Assembly: GCA_034530615.2 (NCBI GenBank)
Contig: JAVRCV020000039.1
Coordinates: 1 to 64,000 of the forward strand
Direction of reading: 5' to 3'
Origin: Aulosira sp. ZfuVER01
Lineage (GTDB): Bacteria > Cyanobacteriota > Cyanobacteriia > Cyanobacteriales > Nostocaceae
DNA: 64,000 nucleotides
Positions 51,869-61,660 of the stretch are shown here, in pieces. The notes beneath the pieces were generated by a model. It searched no databases. It was not told the origin of the DNA and worked only from the letters and a program-made list of their open reading frames with translations. Numbering within the stretch: the stretch's first letter is position 1; every line of letters begins with the position of its first letter. The translations under genes were made by a program, and so were the position numbers.

Positions 51869-52741
51869 TTATTTCTGCGTAAAGAAAGCCACCTTATCTT
51901 GTCCTGCGGTCATATAAGCACAAGCCATATGTGATGAGTTATACGCCCAGCCTACCCTTCCTTGACGATCTAGGAGAATGCACCCGGCTTCACCTTTCAC
52001 TTTAGATTTCAAAGCCTCAATCGCCATCTGCGCGGCTTCGTCTGGGTGTCTGTCTCCAGTTAAGAAATCGATCGCAGTTTTAGCTAAAACCACTGGGATA
52101 ATCGACTCGCCATCACCTGTTGTTGAGCAAGCGCCGAGCTTATTATCAGCATACAAGCCAGAGCCAACAACCGCAGTGTCACCAACGCGACCTTGTTGCT
52201 GCTTCGTAGTCCCGCCAGTTGAAGTGCCAGCAGCTAAAATGCCACTAGCATCTAAAGCTACACAGCCTACGGTGTTAGGGCGATCGATTACTTTTTGATC
52301 TTCCTTCCATTGTTGCCACTGCTCCTCGGCTACTAAGTCCTCTTTTTTACACATTTCGGCTCCGCAGTCGGCGGCGAAGCGTTCTGCACCCCGCGCTACT
52401 AACAGTCTGGGTTTGTCATCCATAATCTTGCGTGCAACAGAGATTGGATGACGAATACCCTGAACGGCTGCAACTGCTCCCCAACTTAAGGAGCCTTCCA
52501 TCATTGCTGCGTCTAACTCCACTTCTCCATCGCTGTTGAGAGTTGCACCCAGACTGGCGTTAAATGTCGGATCTGCTTCCAGTACTCGGATAGCGGCTTC
52601 CACCGCTTCTGCGGCACTACCACCACTGATAAGTACTGCCCAACCGGCTTCTGCTGCTGCTGTGCAGCCTGCATTGTTAGCAGCAATTTTTTCTTCTGTG
52701 ATGGTTTTCGCTCCACCGTGAACGATGATCGTCGGTATCAT
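51869..52741 (-). CDS. Isoaspartyl peptidase/L-asparaginase (Ntn hydrolase)
   Basis: HGGA, ELDAAMM, N-TVGCVALD (catalytic Thr), TSTGG, GRVGD, TGDGE. Confidence 0.9.
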   Translation of the reverse strand: MIPTIIVHGGAKTITEEKIAANNAGCTAAAEAGWAVLISGGSAAEAVEAAIRVLEADPTFNASLGATLNSDGEVELDAAMMEGSLSWGAVAAVQGIRHPISVARKIMDDKPRLLVARGAERFAADCGAEMCKKEDLVAEEQWQQWKEDQKVIDRPNTVGCVALDASGILAAGTSTGGTTKQQQGRVGDTAVVGSGLYADNKLGACSTTGDGESIIPVVLAKTAIDFLTGDRHPDEAAQMAIEALKSKVKGEAGCILLDRQGRVGWAYNSSHMACAYMTAGQDKVAFFTQK

Positions 52742-52755
52742 AAAATTTCCTTTAG

Positions 52756-54444
52756 TTAGTATGAATTTTGCGGGACAGAAATCGCATCCAGAGGTTCGTC
52801 AATTAATTTGAGCGATCGCATTTTTAATGTCTCTAAACCTAAATGGTGAGCTGCTGAGATAAACACAGCTTCAGGATACTTTTGTTGAGCTTCAGTCAAA
52901 GTTTCCTTATTTACATGGTCAATCTTGTTAAAAACAATCAAACTCTTTTCAGGGATTTCAGGCATTTCTGCCAGTATTTCTTCTACACTCACGATATGGT
53001 TCTCCCAAGCTGGATGGGATAAATCCACGACATGAAGCATCGCATCTGCCTCAATTACTTCCTCCAATGTGGCGCGAAAAGCATCCATCAGTGGTGGTGG
53101 GAGTTCGTGAATAAACCCTACAGTATCTGTGAGCAGAATTGACCGACGTTCTTTTGTTTCTGGTTCTATAATTACTACCTTGCGCGTTGTCGGGTCGAGG
53201 GTGGCGAAGAGTTGGTCTGCGGTGTAAACCTCTGCATTAGTTAACACATTCAACAGAGTAGATTTACCTGCATTGGTATAGCCTACTAATGCCAAAACCG
53301 GAATTTCTTGCTCTTGTCGTTGTTGTCTAATACGGGCGCGATGTTCCTGTAACTGGTTGACTTCTTGCTGTAGTTGCGCAATTCGCCGTTGAATTACTCG
53401 CCGTTCTGTCTCTAATTTTGTTTCACCAGGCCCTCGCGTACCAATCCCCGCACCTAATCGAGACATCTGCTGACCGCGACCGCGTAGCCGAGGTAACATA
53501 TATTCGAGTTGCGCTAATTCTACTTGTAATTTACCTTCTTGAGTGCGAGCGCGTTGAGCGAAAATATCTAAAATTACTTCTGTGCGGTCTACAACTCGGA
53601 TGCCAATTTCTTGTTCTAAATTGCGGGCTTGAGATGCAGAAATATCTCGATCAAAAACAATCAAATTAGCTCCTAATTTTTGGGCTAAAAGCTTGATTTC
53701 TTCCACCTTTCCCTTACCAACAACAGTTTGCGGATGGGGGCGATCGCGCTTTTGCCGCATCATATCCAGTACAATTCCGCCAGCACTTTCAACCAAACGC
53801 ACCAGTTCAGCAAGTCCATCTTCAAACCGTTGCACAGATACGTCTTCTGTCTGCACTCCTACAAGTAGCACTCTATCTTGGTCAGAGACGATTTCTTGAG
53901 ATGAAAATACTCCCTCTCCTGCATCAGCGATTTCTTCTTCCCATTCCGCAACTAAAATATCAAATTCTTGTTCAGTTAAGTCATCTAAAGTTAGAGGCGG
54001 TGAAATCACCCAAGGATTTTCGGAATCGGGGAAAAGGTAAGCTAAAAAAGTGTCTTTTGCTTCGCCATCAACTACAGTTAATAAGACAAGAGCATCTAAG
54101 CGCTGACGTGTCATTGCAACTAATGCTGCTTCATCAGGTGATTCTGATTTAAATTGAGTACTAATACAACGAATTCCGCTTAAACGTTCTGCACTGCGAC
54201 GAGGCAATTCTTCAGGTGGAATTTGAGTTTGACTTTGTGTTCCTACGGCAATTCGGATAACTTGACCACGCCGATTGATATAACAACAAATTGGGTGATG
54301 GATGTCTGTACTTACCTTAGCTAAGGCTTGAGCAAATTCTGGCGTAATAAATCTATCTTGGGGTTGCCGTTGTTCATAAAGCTGCTGTAATCGTTTGATT
54401 TGACTTGCTTTTATTCCCTGAATATTGCCATAAATATTTTGCAT
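52756..54444 (-). CDS. hflX: GTPase HflX (long cyanobacterial form)
   Basis: GPGETKLE, GYTNAGKS, LFATLD, DTVGF, NKID. Confidence 0.95.
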   Translation of the reverse strand: MQNIYGNIQGIKASQIKRLQQLYEQRQPQDRFITPEFAQALAKVSTDIHHPICCYINRRGQVIRIAVGTQSQTQIPPEELPRRSAERLSGIRCISTQFKSESPDEAALVAMTRQRLDALVLLTVVDGEAKDTFLAYLFPDSENPWVISPPLTLDDLTEQEFDILVAEWEEEIADAGEGVFSSQEIVSDQDRVLLVGVQTEDVSVQRFEDGLAELVRLVESAGGIVLDMMRQKRDRPHPQTVVGKGKVEEIKLLAQKLGANLIVFDRDISASQARNLEQEIGIRVVDRTEVILDIFAQRARTQEGKLQVELAQLEYMLPRLRGRGQQMSRLGAGIGTRGPGETKLETERRVIQRRIAQLQQEVNQLQEHRARIRQQRQEQEIPVLALVGYTNAGKSTLLNVLTNAEVYTADQLFATLDPTTRKVVIIEPETKERRSILLTDTVGFIHELPPPLMDAFRATLEEVIEADAMLHVVDLSHPAWENHIVSVEEILAEMPEIPEKSLIVFNKIDHVNKETLTEAQQKYPEAVFISAAHHLGLETLKMRSLKLIDEPLDAISVPQNSY

Positions 54445-54666
54445 ACTACTATCAGTTGAAAAAAATTTTTTAATCCTGTGTTTTTAAGTCAAAGGTAGAA
54501 GCGAAAATTCTCTACAAAAGAGGCTTATATTATGTCTACCTACTTATAATTAGCTATCTTAAATATTGATTGTATCTACCAAGCGGAATAAGAAAATTTC
54601 TAATACCTCTACAACTTGATAACTTTAAGATTGATTAATATCCTCTTCGGAGGATTAGTGAGAAAA

Positions 54667-54806
54667 CGTCATTGCGAGTGGAACGAAGCAATGGCAGAGA
54701 CTTTGTGATGCTACTCTACCCTTCTCCTGACGGAGACGCTATGCGAACGGGAACGCCTAACGGCGAACAAGAAACCACTGTGGATCTACGCTTCGCTCGC
54801 AATGGC
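54667..54806. repeat. GTCATTGCGAG...CTCGCAATGRC palindromic element with nested small repeats
   Basis: Same family as the interior of the 17627-17812 MITE; contains small hairpins (CTTCTCC..GGAGACGC, CGCCTAACGGCG). Confidence 0.65.
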
Positions 54807-54819
54807 AAGTATTTAGCCG

Positions 54820-54919
54820 AACACGATATAACCTGGTAAATAATATTTGCTGCCTGTTTGATGCTGCCTGCTTGTTGAATTGATTGCTGAATTTTTTGCG
54901 TTTTCTTTCTATATCTTGC
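54820..54919 (-). pseudogene. C-terminal remnant of a GT1/MGT-type glycosyltransferase
   Basis: YRKKTQKIQQSIQQAGSIKQAANIIYQVIS resembles the GT1 terminal helices (YR..A..L...I..AGG...AADIIE). Confidence 0.5.
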
Positions 54920-54920
54920 C

Positions 54921-57179
54921 CTAGCTTCTTTCTGCCACGTAGCGAGAAATTGCACTATCAAGGTGTGGCATTAACTCACCTCGACTACTACCGAGAACGC
55001 TGTAAGCTGGGCGGGGAGCAATAAAACCTAGTTCTTGCGTAGGCACAGAAATTAAACTGCTGATACTCACACCTGCTTTTTTCGCTGCTAACCGTGCCAA
55101 TTCGTCCCAAGCTACAGCACCTTTGTTAGCCAAGTGCCACAGACCTTTCTCGCCATCAATCAGCAAATCAAGGCTGGTATGGACTAGATCGGGTACATAG
55201 GTAGGTGAGATGATCGCATCTTCTGCGGCTACAAAAGTATTACCTGCTGCTAATTGTTGCAAGGCGATGGTGACGAAGTTGTACTCATCCCACGGGCCGA
55301 AAAATGCACTGGTACGAATCACCAGAGATGCTGGATGCGCCTGCAATACTAGCTTTTCTGCCAAAACTTTGCTGCACCCATATATATTGAGGGGGGCAAC
55401 GCTATCCGTTTCGATATAAGGATTAGAGACAGCACCATCAAATACTAAATCTGATGAAAATGTTAGCAGTGCCAGATGATGTTGAGCGCAAGCGGCAGCT
55501 AGAATTGCTGGGCCTTCAGCATTCACCTGCAAACAAATATGGGGTTCGCGTTCTGCATCGTCTACTCGCACGTATCCCGCAGCGTTCACAACTGCCCACG
55601 GTTTTAACTCAGCAAGCACTGCTTCCACAGAAGCAAGATTAGCAATGTCCATATCTTGGCGTGTCAGCAAGCGGTATGAAATTCCTCGCACTTCGCACAA
55701 CCGCGCAAAAGCCTTGCCTAGAGTGCCTGTAGCTCCCACTATCACTAGAGGACGAGGGGAGGCAGGGGAGCAAGGGAGCAGGGGAGCAGGGGAGATTGTA
55801 GAACCTAATTCTCCTCTGCCCCTCTGCCCCTCTGCTCCTGTGCTTTTGCCACAGCTAACTGCTGGATAAGCCAAACGCACTGGTCGATGCCACCATCCTG
55901 GTGTGTCAAGTATTGGGTGATTGGGTTGACGCCCTGCGGCTAAATCTTGCACCATTTTAGCGATCGCTGTCGGGCGGGGACGTAACGAACGCAAATCAAA
56001 TACGCCTGACTCGTAGTGTCCTAAAGAGCGAGTTAGCAAACTATTCCAATCGTAGCTGCCCAGAAGCGCCCAAGCCGTCACAGCACGAACATCTACACCC
56101 CGATCTCGTAGCTCTTGGGCTGCATTCCACACTTCATTGAGCCAGCGTAATTGCTCTTCACGGGTGCAACTGAGGTGAACTTCAGTGATAGCTAGGGGCA
56201 GTTGATAGCGTTCCCATGCTTCTTTGAGCAATGTCCGCGGCCCTGCTGCACCTTCAGCACAAACTCGCACTGCCTCAATATCTGCATAGTTGTCCCGCCC
56301 ATTGCCTCCATGTGTCCAAACTGGATAATTTTCTAGATGTTCATCCAAAAAGCGATCGCTAGTCAGGTAATGATTAATGCCGATAATGTCGGGCGGACAG
56401 GGATTTGGTAAAAATATTTCTAGTTCAGCCTCGCTGATACCACAGTAACGTAAGTAACTCCACATGGCATGATTTGGAGTAATTCGACCGCACAATAAAT
56501 CAAAACTCAACCAGCGGCGTTCGTTCTCAAATTCTGCTTGATAAGCCAGCTTTGGTGTACTGTAAATCTTACCCAAATCCTCGGTTTGTACGAGTTGGGC
56601 ATTGGGGCTTACTTCGCGGATTGCTTGCATTGAAAGTGCGATCGCCCGGCACTCGCCCAACAAAGCACGGGCGAAAGTTAAATCGTCCTGTCCGTGAGGA
56701 TACCAGTGTCCGTACATCCCACTAAATCGTGCTGTTGTTAGCGGCTCGTTTATTGGTGTGTAATGTGTAACCCAAGGATAGCGTTTCGCCACCGCACGGG
56801 CAAAAACTGCTAATTTCTCAGGAAATTCTGGGTCTACCAAGCTCGTATTACGCGGGCCGCTGCCATGATGTACTAATCCCACAATCGGACGGATACTGAG
56901 TTCGCGTAAGCGTTCTAGTCGTTCATCCGCCCACGACCAGTCAGCATTCTCCAATCCGTTCGGTGCTATGCGTTCCCACAGCACTGGGTAGCGGATAGCC
57001 TGTATACCTAGTTCAGCGAATAAATCTAGGTCATCCAAACGCATTGCATGACCATTGCGTTCTAACTGATCGAAATACTCTTCACCCACACGATTAACCG
57101 TACACTCAACACCAGCCCACACTTCTAGGGGAAGCTGTGATTTAGTAGTCCTGAGCGTCGAGTCGAAAGCAGAAGCCAT
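54921..57179 (-). CDS. Fusion: GH1-like glycoside hydrolase + RmlD-like dTDP-4-dehydrorhamnose reductase
   Basis: GH part has TPINEP and ITE. SDR part has GATGTLG, FSSDLVFDG, YGCSK, SPTYVPDL. ATG at 57179. Confidence 0.85.
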   Translation of the reverse strand: MASAFDSTLRTTKSQLPLEVWAGVECTVNRVGEEYFDQLERNGHAMRLDDLDLFAELGIQAIRYPVLWERIAPNGLENADWSWADERLERLRELSIRPIVGLVHHGSGPRNTSLVDPEFPEKLAVFARAVAKRYPWVTHYTPINEPLTTARFSGMYGHWYPHGQDDLTFARALLGECRAIALSMQAIREVSPNAQLVQTEDLGKIYSTPKLAYQAEFENERRWLSFDLLCGRITPNHAMWSYLRYCGISEAELEIFLPNPCPPDIIGINHYLTSDRFLDEHLENYPVWTHGGNGRDNYADIEAVRVCAEGAAGPRTLLKEAWERYQLPLAITEVHLSCTREEQLRWLNEVWNAAQELRDRGVDVRAVTAWALLGSYDWNSLLTRSLGHYESGVFDLRSLRPRPTAIAKMVQDLAAGRQPNHPILDTPGWWHRPVRLAYPAVSCGKSTGAEGQRGRGELGSTISPAPLLPCSPASPRPLVIVGATGTLGKAFARLCEVRGISYRLLTRQDMDIANLASVEAVLAELKPWAVVNAAGYVRVDDAEREPHICLQVNAEGPAILAAACAQHHLALLTFSSDLVFDGAVSNPYIETDSVAPLNIYGCSKVLAEKLVLQAHPASLVIRTSAFFGPWDEYNFVTIALQQLAAGNTFVAAEDAIISPTYVPDLVHTSLDLLIDGEKGLWHLANKGAVAWDELARLAAKKAGVSISSLISVPTQELGFIAPRPAYSVLGSSRGELMPHLDSAISRYVAERS
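55755..55843. repeat. In-frame octamer palindrome forming the GH1-RmlD linker
   Basis: (GGGGAGCA)n ... (CCCTCTGC)n, translated as TGAEGQRGRGELGSTISPAPLLPCSPASP. Confidence 0.8.
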
Positions 57180-57241
57180 ATTAAAATTCAAGCCGATATT
57201 TGGTTTTTTAGGAAAGGCAGAGGGCAGAAGGCAGAAGTTTT

Positions 57242-57321
57242 GTAGGGTGCGTTATGGACATTAGTCCTAACGCACCGAAAATCTCGGATGGTGCGTTGCG
57301 CTACGCGACAACACACCCTAC
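57242..57321. repeat. GTAG-family REP doublet (REPIN-like)
   Basis: gtagggtgcgtta...taacgcacc and ggtgcgttg...caacacaccctac in inverted arrangement. Confidence 0.75.
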
Positions 57322-57336
57322 TTACTTACGAATTAA

Positions 57337-59775
57337 TTAAGCCTTAACTGCAATTTGCTTGTATACAGAAAGAGCCTGAGCGACACATTGATCCATGTTG
57401 TAGTACTTGTAGGTCGCCAGTCTGCCGACAAAATATACTCCTGGTGTGGTATCAGACAGCACCTTATATTGCTTATACATTTCGTTATTTTCCGGACGTG
57501 GTATAGGGTAGTAAGGATCGCCCTCACCCTTGGGAAATTCGTATACAATACTGCTTTTAGAGTGTTCTTGACCAGTCAAGTACTTAAACTCTGTCACACG
57601 GGTATAAAGGTGTTCATTGGGATAGTTAATCACTGGCGCTGGTTGAAACACAGTAGTGTTGTGTGTCTCATGCTTAAAATCGAGCGATCGATATGGTAGT
57701 TTGCCGTAGCGATAATCAAAGAACTCATCAACTGGGCCTGTGTAAACCATTTCCCGGCAAGGGATGGCTTTTTGAATTTCTCGGTAATCTGTGTTCAGCA
57801 TTACCTTAATATTCGGGTGATTGAGCATATTCTCAAACATCCGAGTAAAGCCGTGTAGTGGCATTGCTTGGTAAGTATCTGTAAAATAGCGATTGTCGCG
57901 GTTATTGCGTGTAGGTATCCGGGCAATTACTGATTTATCCAGTTCTGATGGGTCGAGTCCCCATTGCTTGCGGGTATAACCCCGGAAAAACTTTTCATAG
58001 AGTTCTCGACCAACTTTACTTACCACCACATCCTCACTATTGCGGATGTGTTCTATTGGTTCAGCAAGTGATTTGTAAAATTCCTGCACCTCAAATGAAT
58101 TCAGATTCATGCCATACAGCTTGTTGATGGTGTCGAGGTTGATGGGAATCGGAACAAGTTGTCCGTCTACACTTGCAAGAACGCGATGTTCGTAAGACCG
58201 CCATTGAGTAAAGCGTGAGAGGTATTCAAAGACTTCGCGAGAGTTGGTGTGAAAGATATGAGGGCCGTATTTGTGTACGAGAATGCCATGATCGTCATAA
58301 TGATCGTAAGCATTGCCGCCGATGTGATTGCGCTTGTCTACAATCAATATTTTTTTACCGGACTGACTTGCCAAACGTTCCGCGATCGCGCTACCAGAAA
58401 AACCAGCGCCGACAATCAAGTAATCAAAGACAAAATCTCTGGTAATGATATTTGGTGCTTGTGTACTCGCCGCACCTGTGGAGTTAGCTTTGTCTTCACT
58501 ATCACGGGCTGCGATCGCAGAGTCAATCAGTTTCATCATTGATGCCCAAGTCCGATCCCAAGAAATCTTTTCTAAAAAAGCATCTACTCGACTCAACCAT
58601 TCTGATGTTCTTGTGTCCTCTTGCATTGCTTGTTCGGCGGCGGTGACGAACTCAGAAACTGTGTCTGCAATTCGCACCAGTTTCGATTCTCCGTAAGGGC
58701 GCACTACATCTCTAATTGAGGTAGATACTACAGGCCTACCTGCGGCAAGATATTCTGGAGTTTTGGTAGGGCTAATAAAGCGTGTTGACTCATTACGCGC
58801 AAATGGCAACATTGCTAAATCCCACCCTGCTAAATATGCAGGTAGCTGTTTATAGTCTCTACCACCGAGATAATGTATATTCTCGCGCTGTGGTAGAGTT
58901 GCTGGATCGATTTTGACAACTGGCCCAATCATCACCAGATGCCAATCTGGACGTGCTTCAGCAATCCCAGCAAGCAGTTCGATATCCATCCGTTCATCAA
59001 TTACGCCAAAGAATCCCAGGCGAGGATGGGGAATATGGGCTTGATCTGCTGGTTCGGAAATAGTTCTTGCTTGCGCAAAGTGTGGAACATCTACACTGCT
59101 GGGAAATGCATAGACGTTTGAGTGCTGGTTAACTTTACTTTCATAAAGGCTTTGTCCCCCTGTAAATACTAGGTCTGCAATGCGGAATAGTTCAGCTTCG
59201 TAATTCTTTAAAGTGGGTGATGCACCTTTGAATGCAGACAATTCATCCATGCAATCGTACACCACGGCTTGGGGTTGCAAATGGCGAGTAAAAGCGATCG
59301 CCATTGGTGTGTAATACCAACAAATGTATTTGTTTATTTTATGCTCGACAAGCAAAGCATCAATTAAAACCTGTAAATCTGCGTTGATTGCTTCTTCGCT
59401 CATACCTTGTGGTAAGTGTGGCACAACCACAACTACGCCACTAGAATCTTCGTTGATATCTAACCTTGCTAAAGGTTCTGGGGAGAAAATTGGCTCCTCA
59501 ATAAAGAATACTCGCTTTCCTTGAGCGCAGCGGCTAAGAAGATGTTGTGGTCTTTGATAGACGAAATTCCAACGCAAATGAGATAAGCAAACTATGTCAG
59601 GTGTATCTTTAAAAGTTTCTGTTGGTTGAATCTTTTTATTTGATGAACTTGAATGCACCAGTGATGTACTTGATGATTGCATTTCTTCTAGCTGCGATCG
59701 CTTCCTTGTACGCTGGTTGGGCGAAATAATATTACCGACACCGTTGTTTTTGACTTTAGCTTTTTCACTTTGCAT
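57337..59775 (-). CDS. glf: Fusion: GT-B glycosyltransferase + UDP-galactopyranose mutase
   Basis: GT part has SHLRWNFVYQRPQHL and SPTKTPEYLAAG. Glf part has GAGFSG, IGGN, HKYGPHIFHT, PYYP, GRLATYKYYNMDQ. Confidence 0.92.
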   Translation of the reverse strand: MQSEKAKVKNNGVGNIISPNQRTRKRSQLEEMQSSSTSLVHSSSSNKKIQPTETFKDTPDIVCLSHLRWNFVYQRPQHLLSRCAQGKRVFFIEEPIFSPEPLARLDINEDSSGVVVVVPHLPQGMSEEAINADLQVLIDALLVEHKINKYICWYYTPMAIAFTRHLQPQAVVYDCMDELSAFKGASPTLKNYEAELFRIADLVFTGGQSLYESKVNQHSNVYAFPSSVDVPHFAQARTISEPADQAHIPHPRLGFFGVIDERMDIELLAGIAEARPDWHLVMIGPVVKIDPATLPQRENIHYLGGRDYKQLPAYLAGWDLAMLPFARNESTRFISPTKTPEYLAAGRPVVSTSIRDVVRPYGESKLVRIADTVSEFVTAAEQAMQEDTRTSEWLSRVDAFLEKISWDRTWASMMKLIDSAIAARDSEDKANSTGAASTQAPNIITRDFVFDYLIVGAGFSGSAIAERLASQSGKKILIVDKRNHIGGNAYDHYDDHGILVHKYGPHIFHTNSREVFEYLSRFTQWRSYEHRVLASVDGQLVPIPINLDTINKLYGMNLNSFEVQEFYKSLAEPIEHIRNSEDVVVSKVGRELYEKFFRGYTRKQWGLDPSELDKSVIARIPTRNNRDNRYFTDTYQAMPLHGFTRMFENMLNHPNIKVMLNTDYREIQKAIPCREMVYTGPVDEFFDYRYGKLPYRSLDFKHETHNTTVFQPAPVINYPNEHLYTRVTEFKYLTGQEHSKSSIVYEFPKGEGDPYYPIPRPENNEMYKQYKVLSDTTPGVYFVGRLATYKYYNMDQCVAQALSVYKQIAVKA

Positions 59776-60596
59776 AAAAGCTCGCTATCATTGCTTATGT
59801 TTATTAATCTTGCCTAGCAAATCTTTAATACCTTTTCTTTATCAGGCAGCGCCAAACCAACTTTCAGTCACAAGCTGGTAATATATTTTGGCGCATATTT
59901 ATATAGAATTGCTACAATTGATTTCGTTGTACACTTATTAATAATAAGAATTTTTATAGCTTTCTCATCTGCCAAAGTAAATATAAATTTTAATTTTAAA
60001 ATAACTCTAGAGTATTATATTTTTATCCATATCTAAATAATTAAATATAGCTCAAATGCCACATAAATGAATATTTATGTATGTGGCATATATGTGAAAA
60101 AATATTTAATATTATGTCTCTATGAATAACAGTGCTACAGCAATTTAAAGAATGTTTGTAGCACCTATCACATTATTTGTTATTGCAAGGCTTTTTCTAA
60201 ATTTACTGATAAAATTAGTTTTAGTCTGTTCGGTTGCGTACACAATAAATTTAAAATTATTGGTTGGTAATAGCTATAGGAAATTTGATAAATAGAGTAG
60301 ATTTACTACCTAATTGTCTGACTCCTAAGAGCTAATTTGTAAACTAGAGTAAAATCTTTGTCTGGTAAGGATTTCAGGAATCTGAGCCAATCAAGCCTTT
60401 ATTCCTTGAAAGTCATACTCAGCAATAAACTTAAAATCCAGACGTTGCTGATTGATGGGACAAATTTTGTTTCGTGCATAGACACGCAGCGCCTACCCTA
60501 GGGGAAGCTGCAAAGGCGCGAGTGTGCCATACTTGTGTGTTATACCTCAGGCTAACATACTAAAATCTGGGAATGGTGCGTTAGCCTACGACTGGA

Positions 60597-60821
60597 TTAA
60601 TAAGTAAAACCAAAGAAAAATCCGAACACAGTACCTATTAATGCACATACCTGCATAACCTTTATCGGCTCTACGTATTTATCTATGTATTTATTTATCC
60701 TAAATTTCGGTTTGACTAAAGATAAAAATGTACTCAGTACTAAATAAAAGACCAATGGAGTAATACCTCCTAGAAGAAATCCTTGAAAAGCCCAAGCTAA
60801 TCCAAAAAAAATCGAGGACAT
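60597..60821 (-). CDS. Small hypothetical membrane protein
   Basis: 74 aa with two hydrophobic segments; AT-rich; plausible ATG. Confidence 0.45.
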   Translation of the reverse strand: MSSIFFGLAWAFQGFLLGGITPLVFYLVLSTFLSLVKPKFRINKYIDKYVEPIKVMQVCALIGTVFGFFFGFTY

Positions 60822-61028
60822 AGTTCTACTTATTTTTAATTAAGTACTTATACTTATTTACCATAAAAGTGCGCTTAAAAATACTTCATCTACTAAAAAA
60901 CCAAGTAGTATCAAGCTACTTGGCTGTTCTATCTTGAGCCGTTGGAGGCGTATTATTAGGATCTGTAAAGCGTATTCCTAGAGAAAACGAATTCAAACTA
61001 AAAGTATTGAAATAAGCTCCGGATAGAT

Positions 61029-61067
61029 ATGAAAGCCTACTCGCTTAACTTGCATCAAAAGATAGCT
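61029..61067 (+). mobile_element. IS630-family transposase N-terminal remnant
   Basis: MKAYSLNLHQKIA resembles the MKAYSLDLRQKI start of cyanobacterial IS630 transposases. Similarity stops after about 13 codons. Confidence 0.5.
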
Positions 61068-61134
61068 CAGCAGAACAAGTACATACAATTGAACAAACTC
61101 GGACTAATAATAATCAGCACCAAATCTGAGCTTA

Positions 61135-61539
61135 CTAACTATTTTGTAAATATTCAATTGCTGCCTCAAATTTGGAAGGATATCCTTCAGCAAATCTTTC
61201 AAACCACAGCCCTTCCGGTGAGAATGGATCTAGTTTGTCTAGCCATTCTTTTGCTTGACTTTTTAAAGCTTCTCGTTGTTTCGCTTTGAGTTTTTCTTGG
61301 CGAATTCGTTCTTGTTCTAGCTCTTGCTTTCGTTTCAACTCCTCAGCCATATCCCGTTCAACAAAATCAGCTTTAACTTCCTCCAATAGGCTATCTATTA
61401 AAGATGCTGCTTTTGGTGGAGCTTGGATGAATGCTTGGGTTATGTTTAGCTGAGATTGTGGCTGTGGCTGTGGCTGAGAGGGCTTTCCTTCTTCGTATTC
61501 AGTTTTGAGTTCGGCTAACAGCTTATCAATGCTATCCAT
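61135..61539 (-). CDS. Slr1339-like salt-stress protein
   Basis: MDSIDKLLAELK...A.EWL.KLDP.S.EGLWFE.FA..YPSK.EAAIEYL. Confidence 0.7.
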   Translation of the reverse strand: MDSIDKLLAELKTEYEEGKPSQPQPQPQSQLNITQAFIQAPPKAASLIDSLLEEVKADFVERDMAEELKRKQELEQERIRQEKLKAKQREALKSQAKEWLDKLDPFSPEGLWFERFAEGYPSKFEAAIEYLQNS

Positions 61540-61564
61540 TTTTTCAGTCCTGTAAAAAAGATAG

Positions 61565-61660
61565 CTAGTACATCACGACGTAAATCAAACGACCATTTAA
61601 AATAGAGCAAAAGCACAGAATATAATTCTTTTGCCTTTTGACTTCGCGCAGCAGTACTAG
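61565..61660. mobile_element. CTAG-ended MITE-like element overlapping the vWA stop codon
   Basis: CTAGTAC...GTACTAG ends. Same family as 41040-41143, in the opposite orientation. Confidence 0.65.

Noticed and set aside
829..59524. Numerous short antisense or alternative-frame ORFs in the track (e.g. 2159-2479, 7661-8107, 34202-34525, 38278-38685, 51978-52298, 57355-57699)
   Set aside because: They lie within well-supported genes and have no recognisable motifs, so they are shadow ORFs.
61029..61289. 86-aa plus-strand ORF as a real gene
   Set aside because: Only the first ~13 codons look meaningful (IS630 remnant); the rest is antisense to the Slr1339-like gene.
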